Assembly: GCA_964016885.1 (NCBI GenBank)
Contig: OZ024740.1
Span: 158,782,001-158,846,000, forward strand
Direction of reading: 5' to 3'
DNA from: Eledone cirrhosa
Lineage: Eukaryota
Length of the DNA: 64,000 bases
Shown here: positions 14,669 through 29,643 of the stretch, piece after piece
Position numbering within the stretch: position 1 is the first letter of the stretch
Layout: every line of letters begins with the position of its first letter
Translations under genes and position numbers: made by a program
Notes under the pieces: model-generated
Databases searched by the model: none
Told to the model about the DNA's origin: nothing
What the model saw: only the letters and a program-made list of their open reading frames with translations

Positions 14669-15232
14669 ATGTCCCACGGTTGGGTCGTTGGCGACTAAAC
14701 TGGCAACCCCACCAAGGTTTCTTGGTGAGGAGGGTGACTTTGGACATCCTGCAGGACTAAAAACAAAACCTGTCAAAGGGCAAAGGAACTCTTAAGAGTC
14801 AATGGCCATCCAAAATCACTGGGAGAGATGACCCTTTAGCCTTTGTCAAGGCAGAATTCTAGGAGAAGGAAAACTCTGATATAACACCTGCAACCCTGAT
14901 GGTATCCAATGATGTTGACTTGTTCTTCTTTTTGGTAAATATCATCTTGGTTAAGAGAGTGGGACTGGCTTTGTGCAGTGTCTTTGCTCACTATAAAAGC
15001 TTCACGGCACAGGCATTGCTTTATATCTGGAGATCTCTCTGCACTTGTCGTCACATGGTACCATGTGCCCATCACTATGTGTCAATAATTGTCACAAGTG
15101 TAGTGTTTGTACCAGAGTTTTCAAGTCGCTGGCTGGACTAAAAAGTCACACTCGTTCAGCCCATCGGTAGGGGTTCTCCTACATGGATATAAATTAGTGG
15201 CTGTACTCGAAAACCAGTTGGCAGCCACACCA
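14669..15232 (+). mobile_element. Bipartite non-autonomous RTE-derived element (5' UTR-like part + ORF C-terminal C2H2 finger + 3' hairpin)
   Basis: Highly similar to 58549-59158; TAGGAGAAGGAAAACTCTGA motif; encodes [23 protein letters not shown]; ends CTCGAAAACCAG...GCC. Confidence 0.7.
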
Positions 15233-16729
15233 TGTCTCTATATATGTGTGTGTATATATGTATATATATGTGTGAGTGTATATATATATATATATATACT
15301 CTCTAGCTACCTCATCCTTGATTTTCTGCTGACTAAATGTGAGTGAACCAAGAGGCTGTCCTTCTCTGCTTATCACCACATAGCTACCTATAAAATTTAT
15401 TAACAAAACTCACAGAATATATCACAAAGTCACCCCTGATTCTAAATGGTTGTTCTAGTTTAGTATTACATACCTTAACTGGTTTTACTGCCAGACATTT
15501 GGTTGTCTATACAAATATATAGACATATTCTATACATCATATAGATCTTCCTACGTACATCACTTTTCCTTTGAACATTCAATTTTGTTTGGAGCTTTGC
15601 GTTATGTAGTGTATCTTGGACAAATATGACCTGGCAGTACTTATCCCTTTCCAAGCTTCCTACAAACATACATTACAAAATAGTAAGAAAGATAACAATT
15701 GTAGTCAAGTGCTTCCTAAACAGATTAATAAATTTACATTTGTGCTCACAAACACTGGAACACTTGGTTATCTTGCTAGGTATTTAAGTAATAGTCTAGG
15801 AAAAGTGACTAATACGCACTCTACAAACACAGTCGCTAAGGGGAACAGTGAAAATGTGCACGATTTTTCTGAAATTCAACATACAGTTTTTTACTGTTGT
15901 TATTTTCTAAATTCCACTGATGAAGCTTTTCTTTGTCAGTTGAAAGAAACCTTATGTTTAAAAGTTTTTAAAAAATGCTTTCATATACTCCCACATAATT
16001 TCATAAATGTATGTATGCTTATGGATATAGTGAAGATACTCAGAAGTGGTGATGTTGTTGGATTCGGGATCATAACACTGTGGATTTGACACTCAGACCA
16101 AGCAGCACATTGTATCTTTGAGCAAAGCTTTTTCATTTCTTGTTGTTCTTGACTACTCATCTAAGAAATTGAGTACCAGTTGCATGAGCAGCAGTTGAGG
16201 CTTTACCTTGCATCAGGTTAGTATCCCATCCAGTGATGAAGAAAAGGATCTTGTACTCACAGTTGCTTAATGCTACATGAAACCAAGATCAACTCTGGTC
16301 TGATATGTTTCTAGTCTCATGCGAGACTAACTTTCAAATACCTATGCATACATGTAAACATATATAGGTCAGTTGACACAGTTGACATCTCTTGCAATAC
16401 CTTCATATCCACCCTGGCCTGAAAAACCTACCTAAAGTTTTCAATAAACTTAAAAATAATGTATATGGGTCTGGCATTCTACAAGACCAGCAATTTTTGT
16501 TGGGAGAGGAGAAAGTCAATTAAATTGACTGGTAACTTATTTTATCAATCCAGGAAGAAATGCAAAGCTGACCTCGACAAAATTTAAACTCAGAATATAA
16601 AGAGCTTGGAACAAATACTGTATACAATTTGTCTGACATTCTATTGATTCTACCAATCCAGTATTTCACTTCAAATCAGAAACTATCAACTTATACTTAT
16701 TCATTGAATCATGTTATAAATACTAGAAC

Positions 16730-17070
16730 ATGGCCGGATGGTTAAGAAGTTTGCTTCTTAACCATTAGGTCAGAGGTTTAATCCAACTGTATAGCATCTT
16801 GAACAAGTGCCATTAACCATAGCCTTCAATCAACGCATGTTTTGTGAGTGGAATTGAGTAGATGGAAACTGTTTGGAAGCCCGCCAGAGGCACTATACCT
16901 GCAATTCAAAGGTCTAACCTATTCACATACTGTGTCAAACTGAATCTCCCTGAGAATTATGTTAATGTATCTGCAGAATGCTCAGCCACTTACATGTTAA
17001 TTCCATGAGTAAGGTGTTCCATTGTTTGAACAACTGGAGTACTAATTATCAAAATGGAGGTCCATTCAAT
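16730..17070 (+). mobile_element. Degenerate tRNA-derived SINE (CORE-like) followed by a second SINE tail
   Basis: TGGCCGGATGGTTAAGAAG head; related sequence at 55960-56120 (minus); tail shared with 21290-21430, 41840-42020 and 44190-44530. Confidence 0.55.
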
Positions 17071-17174
17071 GTAATACCCATTATTTATGTACACATTAAT
17101 CATTTATACAACTTCCACAAATATGTATAGCTCCTATCTCACATAAAATCACTACATAATCAGTCTGTTTTTCT

Positions 17175-18505
17175 AATGCATCTTAAAACAATCTATAAGC
17201 CTCTATATCTAGATTTTGTCAATCTAGAGAAAGCCTTTGATAGAGTACCCTGATCAGTCATCTGGTGGTCCTTAAGAAAACTAGGTGTAGAAGAGTGTAC
17301 ATGCTATGTACAGAGGAGCTGTAAGTAAAGTAAGAATAGGAAGTGAGTTTAGTGAGGAATTCAAGGTACAGGTAGGAGTGTATCAAGGTTAAGTTCTTAG
17401 CCTACTTCTGTTTATCCTAGTCCTTCAGGCCATAAAAGAGGTCCTCATAGCTGAATCCGTGGAAGAACAAGAGAATAAATTCTTGTTGTATAAACAGAAC
17501 TTAGAATAAAAAGGACTGAGAGAAGTTTTAGCAAAACAAAAATTTTAATAAATAGGAAAGAAAATAGGGCACCGATTTCATCAAGGAAGTGATATGTAGA
17601 AAAGGAGTTGGCATGAACTCTATATGATGTACACAATGTGAATCTTGGGTACACATGATGTGTAGTGAGATAAGTGGCAACTAAGTGGAAAGGATGACTT
17701 TGTATATAGTAGATGTTTAGGGTCAATTAATAGTAAGAGTGCCAATAATGATAATAAAATATATAACAAATCTTTTCCAATCCCAAGAAGGATCCATAGA
17801 ATTGGTTGATAGCTTCTGCTACCTAGGTGATATGATTAGCAGTGGAAAGAGTGCTCCAGGAACATAGTGTCAAGAATAAGGACAAGATGAAAGAAATTTT
17901 GAGAACTACTACCTCTGTTGACTACAAAAGCTTTCTCCCTACGAATAAAAGGTCAGCTGTAGGTGAAGTGCGATGCTGCATAGTAAAGCGACATGAGCAG
18001 TGAATGCAGAGGAGATGCAAAGGCTAGAGAGAAATGAGTCAAACAGGCTTCAATGGATGTGCAGTGTTAATGTTAGAGAACGACAAAGCATGGATCAACT
18101 GAGAGAGAAACTGGGTATAAGAGGAATCAAATGTAGTGTCTAGAAGAGGAGACTGCATTTGTATGGACACATGGATGATGATTGCTGGGTAAAAAGGTGC
18201 CAAATAATCCCAGTGGAAGGAAGCCACAGCTGAGAAGATCAAGGAAGATCTGGATGGAAGTGGTGAGCGCTGATCTCAAATCGCTGAAGCTGAGAGAGGA
18301 GATGACAATGGAACGCAACAAGTAGAGAGATGCTGTATATGAAAGTATGGAACAAGGACATAAAATGATGATATATAGGAAACCAAGCCAAAACTAGCCC
18401 TGTGTGAGCGAAACAGTTCTCCGACCTGATCTCTCCCAAAGGATAGCCTGTCATACCCATGTTAGCGTGGAAAATGGACGTTAAATGATAATGATGTTGA
18501 CGATG
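17175..18505 (+). mobile_element. Old degenerate RTE LINE
   Basis: Recognisable codons for FVNLEKAFDRVP and FCYLGD with many stops; RTE tail at 18455-18505. Confidence 0.8.
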
Positions 18506-18825
18506 ATATATGTGTATGTATATATATATATATATCATCATCATCATCATCGTTTAACGTCCTTCTTCCACGCTAGCATGGGTCTGGATATATATATATA
18601 TATTTATATATATAACAAAAGCAATTACTCAAGTTAAATAAAGAGTTATGCCAATAATATTGTGCTGATTATCATATATCATGCATATGTTGTCACTACA
18701 ATAATAGATCAGTAAAACATCATCGCTTCCTTAATCATTTTCCGTCTTCTCCGACGACTCAAATAAACACAGAAATAACCAATAATCCTTGAGTTAAAAA
18801 TCAGACTATAATATGCATATTAATT

Positions 18826-20131
18826 ATCATCATCATCATCATCATCATCATCAGGTTTAGCGTCCGTGTTCCACGCTTGCATGGGTTTGGACGGGGGTTT
18901 TCCCACTTGAGGCAAGAGTGATTGTCTTGCTCGCATAGGACTGTCTGGCAGGTTTTCTACAGCTGGATGCCCTTCCTAACACCAACCACATTTACAGTGT
19001 GGGGCTGGGAGGTTTTTACCGTGTTGCCTACACGGCCACATTTACAGCGTGGACTGTGTGTTTTTTATCGTGACACCTACACGATCTCATTTGTTTCGGC
19101 CTGGATGTTGTGGGACCAACATAACTTTACATTGAAAGGGGCGGTGTGGGTGGGGTGGAGGTGGTGGGACGGGGGTGTGTTTTGATAGAGATGCCTACTG
19201 ACTGTAGTAGGTTTTTACTTTGTATTTAGGTAAGGCGGGTGTTCTCTATTACTGAGTACCGCCAAAGGTCTCGGTCCAGTGACATTGTCTTGGAGAGGTG
19301 TAAGCGTGTGAGGTCGGAATTTATCAGCTCGTCCCATGTTTTTCTGGGTCTGCCTACTCCGTGGCTACCGTCTATCTTTATTGCCCTGCACTTTGTTATA
19401 CAGCTGTCGTCTTTCATGCGCGTCACGTGACCGTACCAACGTAGCCTTCTCTCGAGTAAACAACATCTGATCCCTCTTATTTCTAATTTTTTCTTTAGTT
19501 CGTTTATGCTTTGCCGTTCACGTATATTACTATTGCACATCCAGCGGAGCATGCAAGCTTCGTTCCTCTCTAGTCTGCGTATATCCTCTGCACACAATGC
19601 CCAGGTCTCACTGCCATGCAGCATTGCTGTTCGTATGCAGGCATCGTACAACCTGCCTTTCATTTTTAGGGAGAACCCTCTAGCGGCTAATAGTGGTATA
19701 AGCTCTCTGAACTTTTTCCATCCAGTTCTGACTCTAGCTACTGTACTTTCAGAGCACCCTCCCCCACTGCTGATTTTGTCACCCAGATAACGGAAGCTGT
19801 CCACTATTTCTATAGAACCCTCTGCGCAGTTGAAGGAGCTAGTATTTTGTGGGCACTTGCTGCTACTTATTGCACCAGAGCATCGGCCACATGTAAAATC
19901 TATGTTCTTAGTTAGCTTACCTGTGATCCCACTACATCTTTTATGCACCCATACTTTGCATTTGGGACATAAAATGGAGTTTCTACCTACGCCTTTCCTA
20001 CACACTGAGCATGGCCATTTCCCAGATGGGACCGCCGCCTTATTTTCTTTCCTACAAACTAGAACTTTAGTCTTAGCCAGGTTAATTTTAAGCCCTTTTG
20101 ATTCTAGGCCGTGCTTCCATGTTTGGAATTT
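18826..20131 (-). mobile_element. Young RTE LINE, 5'-truncated; open frame 19226-20131
   Basis: 302 aa ORF nearly identical to the 10486 copy; (GAT)n tail at 18826-18851. Confidence 0.95.
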
Positions 20132-20595
20132 CATTATATTTATTATTAATGTAGCTTGAGTGAGGTTTTTTAATATTTTTTATTTGTTTCTTTTCTTTTG
20201 TTTAATTTTGCAGAAATATGCTAGAAGAATAAAACAATTTAACTTTCATATTTGCTATTTGTTGTATTATATGTAGGCCGTGACAGTCAATAAAATGGAA
20301 AATGTTTTTTTTGTATGGTTTAGTACCAAATGGTCCACAGCCCGGTGGCTGGTGACCGCTGCTCTAACTGATACTGCTATCCATTTGCTCTTATCCAATT
20401 AATAATTGTTTCTAACATTGGCACAAAGCCAAGAATTTGGGGGCAGGGAAAAGTTGATTATATTGACCCCAGTACGTAACTGGTGCTTTATTTTATCAAA
20501 GCCAAAAGGATGAAAGATGAAGTTGATGTTGACAGGATTTGAACTTAGTGAACCAGAACAAATATTTAGACATTTTTAATCCGATGCTCTTACGC

Positions 20596-20599
<4 letters not shown>

Positions 20600-20663
<64 letters not shown>

Positions 20664-20706
20664 ATCTATCTCTCTCTCTCTTTCTCTCTCTCTCTCACAC
20701 ACACAC
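20600..20706. repeat. (CT)n microsatellite
   Basis: Direct reading. Confidence 0.95.
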
Positions 20707-22497
20707 TGATATATATTTCTCCTGGCTTATGTGTACATAAATGAGTATGTCTGTATTTCTCACAGTCTGTAATGGAATTATAGAATTAGGTACTTCCGTT
20801 TCTTGGTTGGTCTGTGGCAGAACAGAACTAGCTATGTGTATTTTTTTTTTTGCCTTTATTGTTTCTATGAGAGACATGTTTGTGTTTATGTGCATAAACA
20901 TGTTAGTGTGTGTGTGTGTGTATTCCAGTTGTCTGTGCTGTTGCTGCTGCTTTTGTTTATACCCCCGTTAGCCCAGATCACATGAGCCTATGATCAAAGG
21001 CATTCTTGCTTTCATGTCTTTTTAGTATTTGCTAAGAACCCATGTCTACATTATCCAACATCATCCATTTTTTTTTAATACAGTAGAATGTGATTTGAGG
21101 GAGATTTGGCTACCATTTCTAGTATTCTAAGCAACCACATACAGACATGTTGTTATTATTAGCAGAAATGATGTGGAGTGAAGGCATGGGGTTAGAGTTT
21201 TCTTCTCATGTTCATATGGTTATGAGATTGATTCCTGGAAGTATGTTGTGTCCTTGAGCAAGACACTCTTTCACATTGCTGGCAAAAACGAGTTGCATCT
21301 GTAATTCAGAGGGACAGATTTTTGTTGCACTGAATCTATGGAATGCTCAGCCATTTGCATCTTAATTTCCCAATCAAGCTCTTCAATTTATTGAGTCAAC
21401 TGGAACACTGGTCATCGGAGGTTACAGAATTCCAATAAAAATAAGTTGTTCTGCGATGAGGAAATTTATGTGAAACATTTTTTCCCCATGTTCTTTGGTA
21501 TCTAAGGCAAAGGCAATAGATTAACATAATCCTCTCAGTTTTTTTCAGTCCTTTACATTATGAGGTCAATTTTGCTTTTTATTCTTCTAGGGGTTGATGA
21601 ACTACTGTAACAGTTAGTTACGGGATTAATTTAAATCAACTGCTGATCTGTGTCTTCATGTAGTGTGCTATCTGTATGTATGGGCCCGTAACTCTTGATA
21701 GAGTCGTAGGTAGAGTCATACAGATGACTTCTTCTGGAGAAAGATAGAAAGTGAGAGAGAGGAAATGAGAAAGCGATATAGAGGAAGAATCAACCCCAGT
21801 ACTAGACTGGTACTTTTTTTATCAACCTCCAAGGGATGAAAGGCAAAGTTGACCTCAGCAGGATTTGAACTCAGAGAGTTGGAACGAATACCCTAAAGCA
21901 TTCTATCTGTTCTAATGACTCTGCCAATTCACCACCTAGTATGCTATAAGGATACAGCAAACTCTAAAATCTCTACCCAACGGTGGTGCTCAAATAACAA
22001 GTGAAGTGTCACACCCATTGGTGTTCCTTGTTGTCACATCAATATTATCTATCTGTAACTCCTTATATTACTGTCAACAATACACACATATACATCCTAT
22101 TATTTAGTCATACATACACACCATCTATTGCTCTAAAAAAGTGAAGTTGTTGCTATTATGGCTAACACCTGTGTAGGTTTAGTTTGCATCTTATATGTCA
22201 CTACGGCGCCCATACAACACCATCTGGAGTTACATGTCCATAATATAATGTTAAATTATTATAATGATGGCATTGTTATGCAAAGCGTTGTGTTTACAGG
22301 ACTACTTTTCTTTATAATATATCTATCCCAGGTTCATGCTGGTACTCATTTCATTTCAATTGAACAAACTGAAGCAACATGAAAGTAATTGTCTTGATCA
22401 AAGGCACATCACGCTGCCTAGTCAAGGAATCAAATCCACAACCTTATGATTGTAAACTGCTAAATGGAGTATAAATTCAGAAAAATAGTTAAGAATC

Positions 22498-22680
22498 CAC
22501 ACTGTAAATGTGGTTGGTGTTAGGAAGGGCATCCAGTTCTAAAAATCCTGGTCAAATTCACAGTGCCGTCTGAGCAAGGTATGGTGTGGCCAATATGGTC
22601 AGACTTGTCTCATGATGTGAAGAACCCATCTAACCCATGCAAGCAGGGAAAATGGACGTTAAACAGTTATGATGATGATA
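22498..22680 (+). mobile_element. RTE 3' UTR fragment
   Basis: GGTTGGTGTTAGGAAGGGCATCC, terminal hairpin, (GAT)n. Confidence 0.8.
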
Positions 22681-23334
22681 ATCTATTTGGTTGATAAACC
22701 TGTTAAAAAATGGCTACCACCTCCCTCAAGTTAAATCCAGCTGTCAGAAAAGAAGACACATTCAACAATGTTCGGGGCACACAGTGCCTGAAAAAAGATA
22801 GTTTGGTAATGGCTGGATCAGTTTTGTTCTTAGGTCTGCTGAATCACAGCCCTAACCAGGAATAGTGCCATCACCACTATTCATGGTTAGGGCTAGAATT
22901 AGTTGTAAGCTGCAAATTGTTTATTTTTATGTGTCTAAAAGATTTCCTGAACACTGACCTATAGTACATACAAGCATACTGGTATGGACTTACATAGACA
23001 TAGTTGGTTTCACAAATAGCATACACACACATGCACACCAAGTCCGAACACAGAAGAGCCAAACTCCCACTATCATAGCCTTCATTTCTCCAATCCTCCC
23101 CATGTCCCACTATTATGAGTAAATAGGCTGCCCCACGATCCCGGCAGACAGAATAGAGAAAGCGTTTCCCCAGAGCATGGTGAGGGATATGCACTGGAAG
23201 AGCCATACCAGCTCGTGAGGCTCACACCTGCTCTGTGCCTCTGGTGGTGAGTAGGGAGGTGGCCCTAGGTGTTAGGAAGGGCATCCAGTTGTAAAAATCC
23301 TGGTCAAATTCACAATTCCATCAGCAGTTCTATT

Positions 23335-23925
23335 AGCGCCATCATCATATCAGCAACCACTACAGCCCTTCATTAGCTTAACTTAGTATTGCTCAACCAC
23401 CACCACCCCACCCTCTTTGCTTCCTTTTACACTCCTACTACTATAACTTCAGTTACCAACAACTACCACCACCATCACTACTACCACCACAGCCAACACC
23501 AACACCACTACTGCTATTGGTTTGATGGCATCAGTTTTCACCTCAACTCCCCACCCGCCACCACCACCACTACCATCATCATCATCACTTCCGGTTGGTT
23601 GTACTTTTATCTTCCACCTTCTCACCACTGCCACCAACACCATCACCAAGGAGGCCAGCTCCTTAACATAACTATTACTACCTCCCCTCCCCACTAACAC
23701 TATCAATGGTTGGCTGGGCCTACTACTCTTTCTGACGCCCCCCCCCCCACCACCACTACTATCATCATCATCACCACCATCACCACTGGCTGGCTGCACT
23801 ATTACCCTTCCATCACCATCACTACCACTACCATGATTATCACCATTACTCCTCACTTAAACACTATCACCATCATCAAGACCACCACCAACACCAACAA
23901 CAACAACTCCAATGGCACCAACATT
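23335..23925. repeat. Degenerate (CAC/CAT/CAA)n low-complexity tract
   Basis: Direct reading. Confidence 0.85.
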
Positions 23926-24795
23926 CTTCTGAACTTAACATTTAGTTTCCTTACCTTTCTGCCACAACTATCCCATTGGCTGGGCTTATTTCTACTCTAA
24001 CCCATATGACCATCTTCCTCTCCCTTGTTTTACTCTATATTTATTAAATTGTTAGAGCATCAGGTGTGATGCCTTGTGGTATTTGTTCCTGCCCATTGCA
24101 TTCCAAGTTCAAATCTCACTGAGGTCTACTTGAGTGGTAGACTTAATCCTCTTGACCCTTGAAACCCTTTAGCAAAATCCACTTTCTTGTAAGTATTTAA
24201 GCCAGGTTTCTGATTTGGAGACAACTTGAAAAATGTCACAGTCCTTTTCCTCATGCTCCTTTTGTTCAATATCTACCTCACTGCTACCATCACCATCATC
24301 AAAAGACACTCTACTTTGTTACTCTGCATGCTAAAACAGTTAACCTAATCTCCCTCAAATCACACTCTACCAGTACATTACTGGTACTTTATTTTATCGA
24401 CCCCGTAAGGATGAAAGGCAAAGTTAACCTCGGCGGATTTGATGATGTCCAAAAATATGGGATGGTCATAGTTTAAACATATTTGATCATATGACCGTTC
24501 CATCAGGGTTTACCTAGGGCTAAAGAACAACAACTTCTGATCATGTTTTTTTAGACATAGTATATCCAGGACTACATTTATCCAATGGGTTTTTTTCTTT
24601 GTGGTTTGAGTGAAATTTACGTTTGTTTTTCGCAGGTGTAGTGACCAAATAAAGATAATTTGTCAGCTTGTGTTGAGAATTTAATAATAGATGAGATGAC
24701 ACAAACTAATTTCAGTTTCAAAATATTGTATAATCTCACAAATTGATAACCTGAGAATGTCTAAGCAATCATCATAAAAAAAAAAAAAAAAATAC

Positions 24796-24857
<62 letters not shown>

Positions 24858-24961
24858 GTGTGCTTAAAAATCTAAAGACAAGGGAGATTATTCCAATTAC
24901 CTCAGTTGATTGATATTGTGTTGGATAATATCAACAATGCAAATTGAAGTGGATCAGGTCT

Positions 24962-25180
24962 TTAACCCTTTAGTATTCACATTACTCTATATATATCTAT
25001 TATACTTTCATGGTAAAGGCTTTACCTCACATAATTATCTCACATAATATCGAATCTATGAGATTTTGAAAGTATTTATTTTGAGAACAATACCTTAACA
25101 TCAGTTTGAGTAACCAGTTGCAACAGAAAAAGGTAGAGAATTCTGGCCGGTTTTGGCCAGTTTGAACATTAAAGGGTTAA
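24962..25180. mobile_element. piggyBac-type MITE (also 35102-35323, 42933-43148, 47450-47673, 52415-52622)
   Basis: TTAA-CCCTTTAG ... TAAAGGG-TTAA termini; five colinear copies of about 215 bp. Confidence 0.8.
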
Positions 25181-25579
25181 CCCTTTTACACCATATTTCC
25201 AATGAAAGACACTGCCTACGATTTTTAAATTTTTTAAAAAGTAATCAGCAACTTAGAGGGATTCAATAAGTTGGTGTTTGTTTAATATAAGAAATCATTA
25301 TGAAGCTGTTTGGAATATAGCAAAAGCTCTTGGTAAAAATCACGATGGAAATATTTTATATAGATATAAGGGCTTTAGAACAAACAGTTTTGTATCATAG
25401 GACCCATGCATATTTCAGACAGTTTTATATCAAAACAGTTAAAATATAAAAAACGAGGGCAATTTATCCAATTAGATCATCATCATCATCATCATCATTT
25501 TACTTCCATTCTTCCACACTAGCATGGGTTAGACGGGTTGTCCTGTTGTGGGCAATGCCATTGGCAGGATTAAGAGTCA

Positions 25580-25651
<72 letters not shown>

Positions 25652-25765
25652 TGTGTGTGTGTGTGTGTATGTGTGTATTGATATTAATTATGCATATCAA
25701 CATGTCCATGGCAATATGTACAAGTGGCCGAAATAGGATTCCTCTGAAGGGTCTTTGGAGTAATG

Positions 25766-25805
<40 letters not shown>

Positions 25806-26107
25806 TAGTGGTTAGAGCATTGGCCTTGCAATCGAAATGTTGCGAGTTCAATTCTCAGACTGGGTGATGTGTTGTTTCCTTGAGCAAGACACTTTATTTC
25901 ACATTGCTCCAGTTTATTCAGCTGTAGAAATGGTCCCTATCATTCCACTGTAAAGTGGTCGTGGAGGTGCCACGGCAAAAAAGCACCCAGCACTCACTGT
26001 AAATGAGGTTGGTGTTAGGAAGGGCATCCAGCTGTAGAAATCAAGCCAGAATCAGTTCCTGTCCCACCCTTGCAAGCAGGGAAAAGCGGACGTAAAATGA
26101 TGATGAT
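25806..26107 (+). mobile_element. tRNA-derived SINE with RTE-type tail
   Basis: Same family as 36110-36433. Confidence 0.85.
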
Positions 26108-26351
26108 AAACCACATACATATATATATTTATATGCATATGTATGTGTATGTATATAGATATATGTATGTGTGTATATATATGTATGTATGTATATGTAT
26201 GTATGTATATATATATATGTGTGTATCTATATATATATATATTGAAAACAAAGTGGTGTCACATTAAGGTCTTTATTGATTATGCACAGAGTTACGACTG
26301 TTTCACAGATGGGTGCCTCAGGATCTATATGAATGCTATGAAACCACCTAT

Positions 26352-26382
<31 letters not shown>

Positions 26383-27285
26383 GTGTAAAAGGTAAACAGA
26401 AATAACAACACAATCGGTACAGTATATGGAAGGTATATATTAGGTTAATGCTTGATATAGCAGGAAGAGGGTCTTAATGTTTCGGACGCTAGTCCTTCAG
26501 AAGAAAGAATGAGAAATAAGATAAATTGAGGGGACAGGCGGGTTGGAATTGGAAAAAAATGTCTTTAGATAAAAATAACAGGTTCATTCATGTTGACATC
26601 TCTTGCGAAACTGTTGGCGTTTTGTGTATGCTTTACTTTTTAGAAAAGTGGATGATGGAGTGCATTTACCTGAAATGGAAAAAAAAAACATTTTGTAAAA
26701 AGAGCTATACTTGTGCATGTGCGTAAGCATGTGTGTGTGTGTTATTATAGGTCCGTACGAAGCTAAGAAATGTGTGTGTATATATGTGAGTAAAAGAGTG
26801 TGTGTGCATGTATGTACGAAGCTATGACCAAAAGTATGTTAATATAAGGGTGTGTATGTGTATACAACACACGCACACACACATATATATATATACACAC
26901 ATACATATATATATATATACATATATATACATATATACTTATCCATATATACATTTATATATATATATATATATATGTATACATACACACACATTTACAC
27001 ATACATTCACACAAATGTGCACATACATTTACACAAACACGCATACATTCACACAAACACATACATTTACACACACACATACATTTACACACACACATAC
27101 ATTTACACAAACACACATACATTTACACACACACGCATTTACACAAACACACATATATTTACACAAATACACACACATTTATACAAACACACACATTCAT
27201 ACACATTTACAATTAATTAATGAAGAATTTTGAGGGATTTACTAAAATTAATTATTTCATTACTAAGATAATAACTTAAAATAAG

Positions 27286-27478
27286 TTCTGTCTCTAAAAT
27301 TGTCAAGAAGCCGAGGGTGTCTTAGCATCACTCAGCAAGACCTTTGTCAGCTGCTCTCCAGCTAAATATTTAAAGCTGTATATAGCTATGGTGCGGCCAG
27401 ACTTAGAATTTGCACCACCTAGTCTGGAACCCCTATCTTGCTGAGAACATTGACCACCTGGAAACTGTTCAGAGACAT

Positions 27479-27480
<2 letters not shown>
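27286..27480 (+). mobile_element. CR1-group LINE ORF2 C-terminal fragment
   Basis: Translates with one frameshift to KLYIAMVRPDLEFA..VWNPYLAENIDHLETVQRHA. Confidence 0.75.
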
Positions 27481-27513
<33 letters not shown>

Positions 27514-27569
27514 TTTCATGACTCGTATGCTGTTCATTTTCCTGACATTTGTACATTATTCTGGCAGTA

Positions 27570-27740
27570 TCGGTAGGGGGTCGGACATGCTTTCCAGCAT
27601 AGTTACGTCCCTTTATGATCTGAGTTCAAATCCTTCTAAGGTTAACTTTGCCTTTCATCCTTACGGGGTCGATAAAATAAAGTACCAGCAATGCACTGGG
27701 TAATTGCTGGCCTTGTACCAAAAGTAGAAACAATTATTCT
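27570..27740 (+). mobile_element. tRNA-derived SINE with GCCTTTCATCC..GGGGTCGATAAAATAAAGTACCAG core (many copies, e.g. 21790-21940 minus, 45715-45870 minus, 46165-46320, 46735-46940, 55470-55620 minus)
   Basis: GAGTTCAAATCC B box plus a conserved core repeated more than 10 times in the window. Confidence 0.75.
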
Positions 27741-28776
27741 ATGTACTATACATGCACCTTTGATGAGTTGTAGTGCACCTCAGCACTTCGGGTGGTTTTC
27801 TGCTAGCATGTGTAGTGTGTATATTGATATTATACGCAAGTATATATATACATGTATATATGATACATCAAATAAAATCGTAATTGACAATATACACAGA
27901 AATTAAATGAAGTCTGTGTTACACTGCCTTATGTAGTCAGTAACGTAATCCTTGATACATTAAAAAAAGACGATATATATAAACTGCATTAGGAGAAAAT
28001 TAGTGACAGAAAATTAATATGTTTATTTAAACGATCACTAACCGGAAGTGTTGACATTTGAAAATTTTAAAGAATTGAATCTTTAAATAAGTAATAAAAT
28101 ATATTTAATGAACAGCCACGAAATTTAGTGGATAAATTATGTAATATTCATTCATTATTTATTCAAAGTAATCCAACTTATTTTACTAATGGGATAAAAA
28201 ATTATAAACCGTACGCAGTCCCGTGCTTCTTACTTTATTATAGTTTAGATTTTATATATATATATACGTATATATATATATATAGGCAGAGAGAGAGGGG
28301 GAGATCATAAAGCTCTTTTTCATGAGCACATAATTTTTTTTTATTGCACACACACACACACACATATGCATATATACCACATAACGTCAATTAAAAACAA
28401 TTTCAAAAGAGTTATTCTCTTTCAACACAAGGTGTTATTTGTAGTTCCTCTCTATTTATTTTTTAATTCGTTTTTTTATTACAAAGTCATGTTGTAGGGG
28501 AGCATCTTTTCTGTGCAGACCACCTTGATACAAATGACATGCTTTATGGTAGTGATGATTATGTTTATAATGTTGGTGTATGCTCACTTCTACTAATAAA
28601 TATGTACAAGATACCCATTCATAGTTTTAAATGTGCAGACATATATGGTATCATTGTGTAGGCACACAGGCTGTGTATGTATATATATATGTGTGTGTTC
28701 ACATATATACTTATATATGCACATACAGACACACTCACATCATCATCATTTAACGTCTATCTTCCACGCTAGCCTT

Positions 28777-29053
28777 ATATATATGTATGTATGTATATAT
28801 ATGTATGTATGTATGTATATATATGTATATGTATGTATATGTATGTGTATGTATGTATGTATGTATGTATGTATGTGTATGTATGTATGTATGTATGTAT
28901 GTATGTATGTATGTATGTATGTATGTATGTATGTATATGTATGTATATATGTATATATATGTATGTATATTTATGTAAATATATATATATATGTGTTTGT
29001 ATATATGTATGCATATGTATATATATATATGTATGTATATATGTATGCATATG

Positions 29054-29099
<46 letters not shown>

Positions 29100-29324
29100 C
29101 ATATATGTATGTATACATATATGTATGTATACATATATGTATGTATACATATATGTCTGTATACATATATTTATATATATATATGTACAGATATGTATGT
29201 ATATATATGTATGTATACATATATGTATGTATATATATGTATGTATACACATATACATATGTATACATACATATGTATATGTATATATATATATGTATAT
29301 ATATGTATGTATATATATATGTAC

Positions 29325-29359
<35 letters not shown>

Positions 29360-29608
29360 TGTATATATATGTATGTATATATATGTACATATATGTATAT
29401 ATATATATGTATGTATATATATGTACATATATGTATATATATATATGTATGTATATATATGTACATATATGTATATATATATATGTATGTATATATATGT
29501 ACATATATGTATATATATATATGTATGTATACATATATACATATGTATACATACATATGTATATGTATATATATATATGTATATATATGTATGTATATAT
29601 ATATGTAC

Positions 29609-29643
<35 letters not shown>

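Noticed and set aside
15912-15960. CTGATGA...GAAA hammerhead-like string
   Set aside because: Stems I and III do not pair convincingly; no tail motif or TA flank; likely chance
15616-16089. 157 aa plus-strand ORF
   Set aside because: Non-ATG start, no recognisable motif, runs toward a SINE
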